Below, piece by piece: positions 20,874-33,147 of a stretch of 64,000 bases of DNA. The notes beneath the pieces were generated by a model. That model saw only the letters and a program-made list of their open reading frames with translations, ran no database searches and was not told the origin of the DNA. The stretch comes from Microgenomates group bacterium GW2011_GWC1_46_15 (GTDB lineage Bacteria; Patescibacteriota; Microgenomatia; UBA1400; UBA12028). The translations under genes and the position numbers were made by a program. The DNA lies in the NCBI GenBank assembly GCA_001002285.1, contig LCLX01000004.1, positions 6,885 to 70,884 of the forward strand, read 5' to 3'. Every line of letters begins with the position of its first letter. Position 1 is the stretch's first letter.

Positions 20874-20902
20874 AGTATACACATGAAAAAGAGGGGGCGC
20901 AA
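20874..20902 (-). promoter_or_regulatory. sigma70-like promoter of the serS T-box leader (TTGCGC-N17-TATACT)
   Basis: Minus-strand ttgcgccccctctttttcatgtgtatact. Predicted TSS near 20867 gives a leader of about 220 nt. Confidence 0.4.
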
Positions 20903-20903
20903 G

Positions 20904-21311
20904 TCAGGCAATCGTTTCCCCTCTTAAATCCCCATCTTGCGCTTTTTTTATAATATCTTCATCTGACAAAGAAACTTCTCCTCTTCCCAGCGGCCTTCCA
21001 TGAAGAGGGTCTTCTGTGTAGAACATTCTAGGATTAAACGTAACTCTCTCGCCAGAGACAGAAACTCCAGGAGCATTGAATAATTTCGCAATAACAGCGG
21101 CCACTAGTTCTTGGGGGATGCCAGCGTCGATCAAAACATCCGAAAGTTTAATATAATACCCCGGTGATCCTCTGAAGAGACGATACAGCTTTCGTAGAGC
21201 ATCCGCCAGACGAGATTCCTGTTCGAAAGACAATGCTTGTGGAGGTGTTGTGATTTCAGGCCATGTTCCGGTTTTTGACCCATCCATGTTCATATCGCTG
21301 TATTGTATCAA
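20904..21311 (-). CDS. Hypothetical protein
   Basis: 135 aa, no recognisable domain. Confidence 0.4.
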   Translation of the reverse strand: MIQYSDMNMDGSKTGTWPEITTPPQALSFEQESRLADALRKLYRLFRGSPGYYIKLSDVLIDAGIPQELVAAVIAKLFNAPGVSVSGERVTFNPRMFYTEDPLHGRPLGRGEVSLSDEDIIKKAQDGDLRGETIA

Positions 21312-21338
21312 AAAATATCACACGGTATACTGATTTTC

Positions 21339-21926
21339 ATGTCCTCTCTCTACCTTGTCCGCCACTGTGAGTACGACAATCCACGAAACATTCTTCCTGG
21401 ACGTTTGCCAGTGGAACTTTCCGAAAAAGGAAAAAAACAAGCGCGAAAACTTACAGAGTATTTTAAGGATAAATCCATTGCAAAAATCCACAGCAGTGCG
21501 GTCTTACGATGTAAGCAAACGAGTGAAATCATTTCGAGCAACGCTATTCCAATTGTGTATGACAAAAGATTATTAGAGATACATTCAGCATACCAAGGGA
21601 TTGCGCGCGAACCCAATGATCCTCTCAAAGAGTATGAGTATTTTTACGGACATATTCCGGAACTTGGTGGAGAAAGTTTGTATGACATCTATACAAGAAT
21701 GGCGTCATTTTTTGAAGAACTTCTGCTAGACTTACATGAAAACGTTATTGTGTGTTCGCATGGTGATCCGTTATACATGGCGTATTATTGGTTTACCAAA
21801 AAACCATTGCCGAGTATCAATGAAGTTTCCGATCCTAATCTCAGTGACTACCAGGAAAAAGCAAGTGTGCGGGAAGTTGTGGTTGAACAAAGTGGACACA
21901 CGTTGCGACCGATACTTCAGTTTTAA
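21339..21926 (+). CDS. Histidine phosphatase superfamily protein (phosphoglycerate-mutase-like)
   Basis: LVRHCE at the N-terminus matches the RHG catalytic motif. ORF-track start is 21303; MSSLYLVRH at 21339 is preferred. Confidence 0.6.
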   Translation: MSSLYLVRHCEYDNPRNILPGRLPVELSEKGKKQARKLTEYFKDKSIAKIHSSAVLRCKQTSEIISSNAIPIVYDKRLLEIHSAYQGIAREPNDPLKEYEYFYGHIPELGGESLYDIYTRMASFFEELLLDLHENVIVCSHGDPLYMAYYWFTKKPLPSINEVSDPNLSDYQEKASVREVVVEQSGHTLRPILQF

Positions 21927-22016
21927 TTTTAATTTGATACATCGCGTATAATATATCCCCATAGGAATCTTGTGGAGGAAGTATGATCTTGGCAATTGTA
22001 ATGTTTTGCTTTACAT

Positions 22017-22553
22017 ATGAGAAACATTGACATTTGGAAACATATCAAGCACGAAAGAACAGCGGATTATTACATATTCCCTGGATGCTTGTATGCGGAA
22101 GGGCGTTTTTTATTGTTTTTGATGTGGGCGAATCATCACCATACACAAATACAAACAGAAAGATTACATATTGTTGTTGGGCCACATGCATCAAATGCTC
22201 GGTGTATACAAAAGAATATAGGGGAACGCACATATTTATGTCTGGAGGGACCATTTGCGGGAACGATTGTTACTCCTGACATTCGAGGAAATAATGCGCC
22301 GTTACGTGCATTATATGAGCATCCTATAGGTAGTTCTTGCGATTTCGTTATTAGCTCCATTGTACGGCCTTCACTTCCAAAACATTTAGAACAATTTGAT
22401 CAAACCAAGGATTTTCTCCCCTTTGTGATGGGATTATTAACCTATCTCCGCTTGCCCATTGAACAGCATACTTTCAAGAGAAATATTGAAGATTTTTCTG
22501 CAATAACAGCAGACGGATATGCTCATCTCGTAAAAATTAGAACAGGTATGTGA
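22017..22553 (+). CDS. Hypothetical protein (AT-rich orphan)
   Basis: 178-aa ORF in a markedly AT-rich stretch (21.93-22.62 kb); long ORFs in AT-rich DNA are unlikely by chance. Confidence 0.35.
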   Translation: MRNIDIWKHIKHERTADYYIFPGCLYAEGRFLLFLMWANHHHTQIQTERLHIVVGPHASNARCIQKNIGERTYLCLEGPFAGTIVTPDIRGNNAPLRALYEHPIGSSCDFVISSIVRPSLPKHLEQFDQTKDFLPFVMGLLTYLRLPIEQHTFKRNIEDFSAITADGYAHLVKIRTGM

Positions 22554-22633
22554 GGGAGTTTTTTATAGGAAACTCGATATATTCTTTTTCGGTGCTGGAT
22601 AACACAAAAAGCGGAAGAAATTGCGGTCATGTG

Positions 22634-23416
22634 TTAAATCTCGTTCCACACGTTTACAAACTCTACTTTTGCTTTTTTGCCCACCAGCTCTTGTAACACC
22701 TCAGCAAACTTTTGCGGTCCAAACACCTCTGTTGCGTGGTGGCCTGCCGCGAAGTATGCAATGCCAACTTCCTGGAAAAGATGTGTTGTCCATTCAGCGA
22801 TTTCCCCAGTGATGTACGCGTCCAATCCAAGCTCCAGCATTTCCATGACCTGATCAATATGCGGAATCGCGCCGCCGGTCACAATCCCGATGCGTTTAAT
22901 CGGTCGAGGTTTGGCGGGAAGCACAGTAATGATGGGATGATTCACAATTTTTTCCAAAAACTCCGCGATGTCTTTCGCAGACGTTGGCTGGGCAAACTCA
23001 CCAACATATCCCCAAGTGTCATAAAACGGCTGGAGGCACTCAATGCCGAGTTTTTCCATGAGAATTGGTGTATTGCCAATGATTGGGTGCACATCTAACG
23101 CGTAATGATACCCGCCCACCGTCCAGTTTTCGGCAAATACCATGCGTAGGCGAGCCTGCAGTGATGGATCTAAAATCTGGTTCACAGGCGAAATCATTAT
23201 GGGGTGTTTGGTGAGTACCACGTCAGCATGCTGTTTCTTGGCTTCTTTAAAGAGTTCGACGGTTGCGCTCACTCCGATCACAATTTTTTCGACGCGTTCT
23301 TTTCCGAGAATTTGAATGCCATTTGCCAAGTGTGTATCTTTTTGTTTTGCAGTATCTAAAAGGTCTTTGCCAAAGTAGTTTTCGATCAAGGAAATAAGAT
23401 CGTTGCGGTGAATCAT
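22634..23416 (-). CDS. Nif3-family dinuclear metal centre protein (YqfO/GTP cyclohydrolase 1 type 2 homolog)
   Basis: 260 aa, NIF3 two-domain arrangement with conserved His/Glu metal ligands. 4-nt overlap with lysS. Confidence 0.75.
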   Translation of the reverse strand: MIHRNDLISLIENYFGKDLLDTAKQKDTHLANGIQILGKERVEKIVIGVSATVELFKEAKKQHADVVLTKHPIMISPVNQILDPSLQARLRMVFAENWTVGGYHYALDVHPIIGNTPILMEKLGIECLQPFYDTWGYVGEFAQPTSAKDIAEFLEKIVNHPIITVLPAKPRPIKRIGIVTGGAIPHIDQVMEMLELGLDAYITGEIAEWTTHLFQEVGIAYFAAGHHATEVFGPQKFAEVLQELVGKKAKVEFVNVWNEI

Positions 23417-25464
23417 ATCTTTTGAAATACGGAAATAAGGAATGCAACGTGATCTTCCGGTGATTTGCCGATCAACGCGAATCCTTCTTGAATATCTTCG
23501 CGCGATACGTTTTTAGCAAACGCCTTGTCTTTGAGTTTTTTCAACACAGAACCAGGTTCCATACCAGCAAATCCTTTGCGCATGAGTGAGTATGCGTTGA
23601 TGAATCCGGAAAGTTCGTCGCTTGCGAACAAATAATTTGCCAATAATGACGATGGGTACTTGCCCGTCCGGTTTGGCGCATGTTCGGCAATAGCATCGTG
23701 AAGTTCTGCCGGATAGTCATGTAGTAATTCAGCAAGCGCCTTATTTGGATGTTCATCAGGGAACTTTTCCCAGTCAAGGTCGTGCAGAAGGCCGGTGGCG
23801 TACCACAACTCTGGATCCTCTCCTAACGCTTTTGCGTAGGATTCCAACGCGGCCGCAACCATTTCAACATGATGAACAAGCGCCTCGTTTTTTACATATG
23901 TATGAAGAAGTTTTTGTGATTGGTCGCGGGACGGCAACGATGTCGACGTTTTTACACTTTTTTTCACGGGCACAGTCGAAAGTGGTGTTGATGTTGCTGT
24001 TGGAACAACCGGCTGTTTCCCCACTGGTCTCAACGTTGGAAACGCAATAACTTCGCGAATCGCCCACGTATTGGTTAAAAACATCACGAGCCGATCAATC
24101 CCAATGCCAATGCCACCAAGCGGGGGCATACCATACTCCATGGCTTCTAGGAACTCTTCATCCATGGGTTGGGCCTCGGCATCGCCTTCACGCATGTGCT
24201 GCTGTTCCACTTCAAACCGTTTGCGCTGTTCCAGCGCGTCGGTAATTTCACTCCATCCATCACACATTTCTTTTCCACCGATGTATCCCTCAAACCGTTC
24301 GACTAGCTCTGGATTTTTTCGGTGCTCCTTAGACAACGGGCTCACTTCTTTTGGATAATCAATGATCCACGTTGGGTTAATGAGTTTTGGCGGAACAGTG
24401 TGATCAAACAACGCAAAAATTGCTTTGCCACGGGAAAATGTTCCGGTGAGTTGGATATGCCGCTGGTCCAATTCTTTTTGCAAACCACTATCGCCACCTT
24501 TCTCAACGTCAATACTTTCAAACTTTTTCAATGCATCAGCCATGCTGATTCTTGGCCACTTTCCGTCAAGCTTTACAACATGCTCCCCCACCAGCATTTC
24601 CAGTTTCCCATGAACGGCTTTCACCAGGTGCTTGATGAGCCCTTCAGTGGTGTCCATGATGCGGGTATAGTCGGCGTAGGCCTCGTACCACTCAATCATC
24701 GTGAACTCGGGCTGGTGTGTGAGATCAACGCCTTCGTTGCGGAAGTTGCGGGCAATTTCAAACACACGCTCGTATCCGCCCACGATCAACCGTTTTAGGT
24801 ATAGCTCCGGGGCGATGCGGAGGTAGTAGTCGCTGTCCAGCGCGTTCATGTGCGTGGTAAACGGCCGCGCGTTGGTTCCGCCGTACAATGTTTGCAGAAC
24901 CGGTGTTTCAACCTCAACAAAATGCTCAACATCCTGCAGATACCGGCGGATTTCTTTTTCGATCGTCCACCGGGCATCCAAAATGCGTTTTGCGTCGGGG
25001 TTAATCAAAAGATCGAGGTAGCGTTTGCGGTACCGGGTTTCGGGATCGTCAATACCCTGCCAAGTCGTTGGGATTGGACGCAGAGATTTGCTTAGCACGT
25101 CAAAATGGGTGGCTTGAATCGTGATTTCACCGGTTTTAGACGTAATAACGATGCCTTTGACGCCGATGTAATCCCCGGGGTCAAGAAGCGTGAGAAGTTC
25201 ATACTGTTTTTTGTCATCATCTTCGCGAAACATGACCTGCATACTTGCCGAGTCATCGCGCAGATCGCAAAACGTGACTTTGCCGTGCTCGCGCAGGCTC
25301 ATAATCCGGCCGGCCGTTTCAACAGTTTTTCCTTCAGAAAGCTTTGCCTGCGCTATAGAGTATGTTTTGTGAAAACTGTATGGGTGCACGTTCACGCCAA
25401 GCGCTTCTAACTTTTTGCGTTTTTCGAGTTTTGCTTCCCTTGAGTGATCGAGCCGTGTGGACAT
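23413..25464 (-). CDS. lysS: Lysyl-tRNA synthetase (class II) fused to a C-terminal HD phosphohydrolase domain (YqeK-like)
   Basis: 683 aa. The LysRS core ends around IDRLVMFLTNTWAIREVIAFPTLRP, followed by a Ser/Thr/Pro/Val linker, then LVHHVEMVAAALESYAKALGEDPELWYATGLLHDLDWEK (H..H...HD...D). Confidence 0.85.
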   Translation of the reverse strand: MSTRLDHSREAKLEKRKKLEALGVNVHPYSFHKTYSIAQAKLSEGKTVETAGRIMSLREHGKVTFCDLRDDSASMQVMFREDDDKKQYELLTLLDPGDYIGVKGIVITSKTGEITIQATHFDVLSKSLRPIPTTWQGIDDPETRYRKRYLDLLINPDAKRILDARWTIEKEIRRYLQDVEHFVEVETPVLQTLYGGTNARPFTTHMNALDSDYYLRIAPELYLKRLIVGGYERVFEIARNFRNEGVDLTHQPEFTMIEWYEAYADYTRIMDTTEGLIKHLVKAVHGKLEMLVGEHVVKLDGKWPRISMADALKKFESIDVEKGGDSGLQKELDQRHIQLTGTFSRGKAIFALFDHTVPPKLINPTWIIDYPKEVSPLSKEHRKNPELVERFEGYIGGKEMCDGWSEITDALEQRKRFEVEQQHMREGDAEAQPMDEEFLEAMEYGMPPLGGIGIGIDRLVMFLTNTWAIREVIAFPTLRPVGKQPVVPTATSTPLSTVPVKKSVKTSTSLPSRDQSQKLLHTYVKNEALVHHVEMVAAALESYAKALGEDPELWYATGLLHDLDWEKFPDEHPNKALAELLHDYPAELHDAIAEHAPNRTGKYPSSLLANYLFASDELSGFINAYSLMRKGFAGMEPGSVLKKLKDKAFAKNVSREDIQEGFALIGKSPEDHVAFLISVFQKI

Positions 25465-25498
25465 GAAGGTATTGTAGCAAGCTCAAGTATGGAAGTCA

Positions 25499-25777
25499 TT
25501 ATGCTTCCACTATTGGGGATTGAGGTGAAGCAAGAAGATCAAGAATTGCGGAAGGAGGAGCGAGGTAATCAGGATTTCTATTTGCTAAGAAAAAATCTGT
25601 TTCGACAAAAGTATCAGGAAATGCAATATCGATAAGAACGTATTCAATTAATACTCCAAACACTTTATTCGCGCGCCCAATTGTCCCCTCACCTTTATAT
25701 TTTTCTTTTGTGTGTGGATTTGTCCATTCAAAAACAACGCGTTGTCCAGGACCATATTCAGTATGTTTTTTTGCCAT
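25499..25777 (-). CDS. Hypothetical protein
   Basis: 92 aa, between greA and lysS on the same strand. Confidence 0.4.
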   Translation of the reverse strand: MAKKHTEYGPGQRVVFEWTNPHTKEKYKGEGTIGRANKVFGVLIEYVLIDIAFPDTFVETDFFLANRNPDYLAPPSAILDLLASPQSPIVEA

Positions 25778-25779
25778 GT

Positions 25780-26259
25780 CTATTCAATCCCGACAATGAC
25801 GTACTTCAACTTACCCGCAGGAACATCAATCTCAACTGCTTCGCCTTTTTTCTTTCCGATGAGTGCTTTTCCAAGCGGCGACTGGTGCGAAATCTTCTTT
25901 TCAAGCGGATTTGCTTCCCACTCTCCGACAATGTGATAGATATGTTTGGAGTTTCCAACCTTCAGTGTAACCATCGAACCAAGGTTAATAACTCCATTGC
26001 CGGATTTTCCACCCTTCCCGTTTTTAAGGATTTTTGCTTTACTCGCGATGCCTTCAAGTTCAGAGATTTTTCCTTCCAAAAATGCTAAATCTTCGCGCGC
26101 GGACTGGTACTCTGCGTTCTCACTGAGATCGCCAAACGACCGCGCCGTGGCGACGCGTTGAATCGCTACGGGAAGTTTAACTTCTTTGAGCTCTTTAAGC
26201 TCGGCAACAATCTGATCGTGTCCTTCTTGTGTCAGTTGGACGTCATCCTGTTGTGTCAT
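25780..26259 (-). CDS. greA: Transcription elongation factor GreA
   Basis: N-terminal coiled coil with acidic tip (DLSENAEY) plus C-terminal FKBP-like domain. Confidence 0.85.
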   Translation of the reverse strand: MTQQDDVQLTQEGHDQIVAELKELKEVKLPVAIQRVATARSFGDLSENAEYQSAREDLAFLEGKISELEGIASKAKILKNGKGGKSGNGVINLGSMVTLKVGNSKHIYHIVGEWEANPLEKKISHQSPLGKALIGKKKGEAVEIDVPAGKLKYVIVGIE

Positions 26260-26349
26260 GGCGCTCCTTATTGTATTCGTTACAGGGTTGCATTGTATTG
26301 AATTTCAAGAGGTGTGTCTAGTAGCAAGAAAATACTGATATATGGGATT

Positions 26350-26790
26350 TTATACGTTTGGAAGAGTTGGCCTTTTTTTCCGTAGGCCGGCGGTGTACGC
26401 CTTCATCTCCATGAGCACGCGCTGAAGCGGCGCTTCGGCAATCACGAAGGCCTGTGTATCAATCTTCTCCTGCATGGCTTCCTTCGCTTTTTCACGCGCT
26501 TCTTGTGCTCTCGCAAGCGTCGCATCACGTTCAAATGACGCGCTATTGGCAAGCACAGTAATCGTGTTACTTGGGCCAACGTCCATGAATCCTCCGGTAA
26601 TAATGACGTATGTATCTTTGCCGTCAACCTTGAATCGCAATATGCCTTCCTGTAGTTGCGTAAATAGCGGAATGTGATTTGGCAGAACGGTAATCTCACC
26701 AGAGGTTGTTGGAGCGGTAATCTGTTCGATATCCTGTTTCAGCAACTCTTTTTCTTGTGTCACGATGGTAAGGGTGAGGTGATGGGACAT
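26350..26790 (-). CDS. atpC: F-type ATP synthase epsilon subunit
   Basis: 146 aa, beta-sandwich plus helical hairpin; position follows atpD. Confidence 0.8.
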   Translation of the reverse strand: MSHHLTLTIVTQEKELLKQDIEQITAPTTSGEITVLPNHIPLFTQLQEGILRFKVDGKDTYVIITGGFMDVGPSNTITVLANSASFERDATLARAQEAREKAKEAMQEKIDTQAFVIAEAPLQRVLMEMKAYTAGLRKKRPTLPNV

Positions 26791-26849
26791 ATATTTTTAT
26801 TGTAGTTCTTGTTTACGCGCTAAGTTACTAAACGCGAGTCACTCACTAT

Positions 26850-28301
<1,452 letters not shown>

Positions 28302-29165
28302 TTATCCGGCCACGCTCAGCGTCGCCGTGGTCATGTCAATGAGTTCGGTTGTAATTGCGGCTTGGCGCGATTTGTTAAACACCAACTGCAGTCCATTCAT
28401 CACATCGCGGGCGTTGTCCGACGCGCTTTTCATGGCGACCATGCGGGCGGAGTGCTCACTCGCTTTTGCATCGAGCAATGTGTGATAGATTTCGACGGCA
28501 ATATAGTATGGAAGCAAAAATTCCAAGATTTCTGTTGAGTTTGGTTCAAAGAGATACTCGGATTTTGCTTCAACAAGATCTGCTGGTTGCTGAATCTCTT
28601 CGGCGGGAGGCGGAAGAATCTGCTCAAACTTCACTTTTTGCGAGAGTGTTGAGACAAACTGCATGTGGACAAGATGAACGTCGCTGTACTCGCCATCCAA
28701 AAAGGCTTTCATCACAAGCTCGGCAATCGGGAGAGTGTCTTCAAACCGGATGCGGTCCGGAAGATCGGTGAACTCACCAATAATTGTGTGCCGGAACTTG
28801 AGCGCGTACTCCTTGCCTTTTTTTCCAATGACAACAAACTCTGCTTTTTTCGGTTTCATGAACTCTTCAACGGCTTTAAACAAGTTGGTGCTGAGCCCAC
28901 CCGCCAAACCGCGGTTGGATGAAATCAGAACAATGAGCGATTTGGGAGCATCGTTTGTCTGCAAAAGCGGATGCATCGCCGAGTTTGTGTGGCGTGCAAT
29001 CGTCTTCAACATCGTTGTTAATTTTTCTGCGTACGGCTTACCTGCAAGTGTTTGTTCCTGCGCGTGCCGCATTTTGCTTGCCGAAACCATCTCCATTGCC
29101 TTTGTAATTTGGGCAATGTTTTTTGCGGACTTGATGCGGCGACGAATTAATCTTGATACGCTCAT
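28302..29165 (-). CDS. atpG: F-type ATP synthase gamma subunit
   Basis: 287 aa. N-terminal and C-terminal helices with a central alpha/beta domain. Confidence 0.85.
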   Translation of the reverse strand: MSVSRLIRRRIKSAKNIAQITKAMEMVSASKMRHAQEQTLAGKPYAEKLTTMLKTIARHTNSAMHPLLQTNDAPKSLIVLISSNRGLAGGLSTNLFKAVEEFMKPKKAEFVVIGKKGKEYALKFRHTIIGEFTDLPDRIRFEDTLPIAELVMKAFLDGEYSDVHLVHMQFVSTLSQKVKFEQILPPPAEEIQQPADLVEAKSEYLFEPNSTEILEFLLPYYIAVEIYHTLLDAKASEHSARMVAMKSASDNARDVMNGLQLVFNKSRQAAITTELIDMTTATLSVAG

Positions 29166-30667
29166 AGATGTAGCTCGGAATGAATATCGTTAAACGTTGT
29201 GAGTGCCTTTTGTAACGCTTTTTCGGTGTCTTCGATGATTTTTCCTTCAGCTTTGATGGACTTTAGGATCGCTGGTTCATCGGCTTTCAGATACATAGTC
29301 GCGAGCTCTTCCCACATGCGTGTTTTTTCCAGTGAAACGGAATCAAGGTAGCCGTTGGTTGCGGCGTAAATCACTGCGACCTGGTCTTCTACCGGCATTG
29401 GTTTGTCCCAATCTTGGTTCAAGATGGTGGATACGCGCGCCCCGCGGTCAAGCTGAGCTTTTGTTTTTGCGTCCAAGTCAGAAGAAAACTGCGCGAATGC
29501 CGCCAACTCACGGTACTGCGCCAAGTCCAACCGCATTTTTCCGGCAACCTGCTTCATTGTCTTTAATTGTGCGGCAGAACCCACGCGTGAAACAGAAAGT
29601 CCCACGTTAATAGCGGGCTTGACGCCAGAGTTAAACAAGTCGGTTTCAAGATAAATCTGGCCATCGGTAATCGAAATCACGTTTGTCGGAATAAATGCTG
29701 ATACATCCGAAGCCTGTGTTTCAATAATCGGCAGAGCGGTAATCGAACCACCACCATATTTTTCATCAAGACGGCACGCACGCTCGAGCAAGCGGGAGTG
29801 AAGGTAGAAGACATCACCTGGATACGCTTCACGACCGGAAGGTCTGCGAAGCAACAATGAAATCTCGCGGTATGCCACGGCGTGTTTGGATAAGTCATCG
29901 TAAATCACCAAGACATCTTTGCCTTGTTTCAAAAAGTACTCCGCAATCGCGACGCCGGCGTATGGCGCCAAGAACTGCGATGTTGCCGAGTCGGAAGCGG
30001 TAGCTGCAACAACCACGGTGTAGTCCATCGAGCCAGTTTTTTCGAATAGCGCAACTGTTTGCGCAACGTAACTGCGTTTTTGCCCAATCGCTACATACAC
30101 ACAAATGACGTTCTGCCCGCGCTGGTTCAAGATCGTGCCAAGCCCAATGGAAGATTTTCCAGTTCCGCGGTCGCCGATAATCAGCTCACGCTGTCCCCGA
30201 CCAACTGGAATCATGGCATCAATCGCTTTAATACCGGTTTGTAGCGGAACAGTAACCATTTTGCGCGTAATCACACCCGGGGCAACTTTTTCTAACGGCT
30301 GGTATGTTTTAACAGCGATTGGCGCTTTGCCGTCTAGCGCGCGTCCAAGCGGATCAACAACGCGGCCAACAATGTCATCCGAAACGCCGATAGAAAGGAG
30401 GCGGCCGGTTGTCTGCACGGTGTCGCCTGCGCGGATATCGCGATTTTCAGTGAGCAACACCACGCCAACGTTGTCTTTTTTTAAGTTGAGCGCAAGCGCG
30501 AACGTGTCTTTGCCAACCAACACAAGCTCGCCCAACATGACGTCATCTAAACCGGAAATGGTTGCAATGCCGTCGCCAAAGTTCGTGATGGTTCCAACGC
30601 TTTGTTTGGTTGTTTCCAACTTTGCGCCCGCGAGCTGTTTTTTAATTTCAGAAAGAAAATCTGTCAT
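29162..30667 (-). CDS. atpA: F-type ATP synthase alpha subunit
   Basis: Walker A GDRGTGKS. 501 aa. Confidence 0.9.
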   Translation of the reverse strand: MTDFLSEIKKQLAGAKLETTKQSVGTITNFGDGIATISGLDDVMLGELVLVGKDTFALALNLKKDNVGVVLLTENRDIRAGDTVQTTGRLLSIGVSDDIVGRVVDPLGRALDGKAPIAVKTYQPLEKVAPGVITRKMVTVPLQTGIKAIDAMIPVGRGQRELIIGDRGTGKSSIGLGTILNQRGQNVICVYVAIGQKRSYVAQTVALFEKTGSMDYTVVVAATASDSATSQFLAPYAGVAIAEYFLKQGKDVLVIYDDLSKHAVAYREISLLLRRPSGREAYPGDVFYLHSRLLERACRLDEKYGGGSITALPIIETQASDVSAFIPTNVISITDGQIYLETDLFNSGVKPAINVGLSVSRVGSAAQLKTMKQVAGKMRLDLAQYRELAAFAQFSSDLDAKTKAQLDRGARVSTILNQDWDKPMPVEDQVAVIYAATNGYLDSVSLEKTRMWEELATMYLKADEPAILKSIKAEGKIIEDTEKALQKALTTFNDIHSELHL

Positions 30668-30879
30668 GATGTCCTCAACTGTTCTAGTTTTCCGCGCAAC
30701 GATGCGTCATATACCGTTGATCCAACCCGCACGCGGACTCCACCAAGAATCTCAGGATTAAGCTCCGTGGTGTACGACTCCGTGCCGAACGATTTTTTCA
30801 GCATCGCTTTCAGTGTTTGCGCCTGTTGCGTGGAAAGCGGAACGACTGTTTCAACGACAACAGATGTGTTTTTTGCCAT
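30664..30879 (-). CDS. atpH: F-type ATP synthase delta (OSCP) subunit, C-terminal domain only (71 aa)
   Basis: [16 protein letters not shown]...[24 protein letters not shown] matches the delta C-terminal domain. The delta frame is closed by a TGA at 30940-30942 and has no ATG/GTG/TTG upstream of 30879. atpF ends at 30906. Confidence 0.6.
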   Translation of the reverse strand: MAKNTSVVVETVVPLSTQQAQTLKAMLKKSFGTESYTTELNPEILGGVRVRVGSTVYDASLRGKLEQLRTS

Positions 30880-30905
30880 ACATTTTCTTTCCAGTTCGAC
30901 TACTT

Positions 30906-31391
30906 TTACATCGCCTGCGCAAGTTCTTTCAGTCCTTTGTCAATCAGTCCAGCGTGCGCTTTCTTATCCACAGCTTTACCAACTACTTTTTCGGTAACAG
31001 CGTACACCGCGTCAACAAATTCTTTGCGCATCGCAGCATGCTCGCCTTTTTTTTCAAGCTCCCACGACTTCATCGCCTTTTCTTTGTCGAGCTTGATCTC
31101 CGCACGGGCTTTTTCCGTAAGCTCTTTTTTTAACTCAGTGGCTTGCTCACGCGCTTTCTCCATCATTTTTGCGGACTCTTTTTCGGCGCGAACTTTTTCT
31201 TTTTTCTTGAGCTCGTCAATCGCGTCTTTCTCTTTGAGCGATTCTTCAGCAGCCCTATCCGCGTCGTGAATCTTTTTCGCGCGCTCATCCAGCACCTTTA
31301 TCACCGGTTTGTAGACGAGGAACACAATCGCGCCAAACACCACGCCAAAGTTCAGTACCTGGAACAAAATTTGGTCAAGTTTAATATCCAT
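30906..31391 (-). CDS. atpF: F-type ATP synthase b subunit
   Basis: N-terminal TM helix plus a long charged coiled coil. 161 aa. Confidence 0.75.
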   Translation of the reverse strand: MDIKLDQILFQVLNFGVVFGAIVFLVYKPVIKVLDERAKKIHDADRAAEESLKEKDAIDELKKKEKVRAEKESAKMMEKAREQATELKKELTEKARAEIKLDKEKAMKSWELEKKGEHAAMRKEFVDAVYAVTEKVVGKAVDKKAHAGLIDKGLKELAQAM

Positions 31392-31401
31392 AGATGCTCC
31401 T

Positions 31402-32450
<1,049 letters not shown>

Positions 32451-32580
32451 CCATCTTTGCGATGTTTATTCACATTGTATGGGAAGAACTCGAGTTTCGC
32501 AAGTCGTTGATTTTCACGCGGCTTCTTGATATGATGTCAAGTTACAGAGTTGTTTTCCTTTATTTTCTGCCCACATTTTT

Positions 32581-32850
32581 ATGCCAAGTTCAAAAGATCT
32601 GTTATTAGAGTATGTTCCGCAAGAAGCGTATGAAAGAGCTCCTGTTAAAGTAAGTGAAGATTTACTTTCTGTCGTTGAACGCATAGCTCGGGTGCTTCCA
32701 CCAGAAAAAGTCTGGAAATGGTTTTCGAGTACTCCAGGAGAAACCAGAAGAGAAATCCGTTTTCCGTACGCTAGAATAGATGCGCTGACACTTGCGACCG
32801 AAATAACTATTGATACACTAACGATATATCCCCCAACAAGTCCAGAATAG
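32581..32850 (+). CDS. Hypothetical protein (AT-rich island); in frame with the next ORF across a single TAG
   Basis: 89 aa. The TAG at 32848-32850 is followed in the same frame by FEKEYEEAASYALQALIWVEIG and then the 32896 ORF. Confidence 0.3.
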   Translation: MPSSKDLLLEYVPQEAYERAPVKVSEDLLSVVERIARVLPPEKVWKWFSSTPGETRREIRFPYARIDALTLATEITIDTLTIYPPTSPE

Positions 32851-32895
32851 TTTGAAAAGGAGTATGAAGAAGCAGCTTCTTATGCATTACAAGCA

Positions 32896-33147
32896 TTGAT
32901 TTGGGTTGAAATAGGATTTGGAGGATTAGAGAATTTGGCAAAAAGCCCAGCATCGAGAAATTGGACTTCTGGAGTTGGTCATTTCGTAGATGATAAGCAG
33001 AGAGAAAAAGGCATTATGACAACGGGGCGTGAAATGTATATGAGGTGTTTAAGAGCATTTTTGAAGTTTCGTAGAGAGCATGGTATTACCAGTGATTGTT
33101 TTACGGAGTACCACCTCGAGTATCTTTTAGACACGATTGAGGGATGA
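32896..33147 (+). CDS. Hypothetical protein (possibly the 3' part of a gene interrupted by an in-frame amber codon)
   Basis: 83 aa, same reading frame as the 32581 ORF. Confidence 0.3.
   Translation: MIWVEIGFGGLENLAKSPASRNWTSGVGHFVDDKQREKGIMTTGREMYMRCLRAFLKFRREHGITSDCFTEYHLEYLLDTIEG

Noticed and set aside
20690-20900. SRP RNA or RNase P RNA in the GC-rich serS upstream region (AGCAGCC-like motif noted)
   Set aside because: Order and spacing of the motifs do not fit SRP domain IV. The region instead matches the T-box antiterminator/terminator architecture precisely and sits in a leader position.
26260-26349. Terminator between atpC and greA (GGCC...GGCC with a U-run)
   Set aside because: Only a 4-bp palindromic stem with a 12-nt loop, which is too weak to call.
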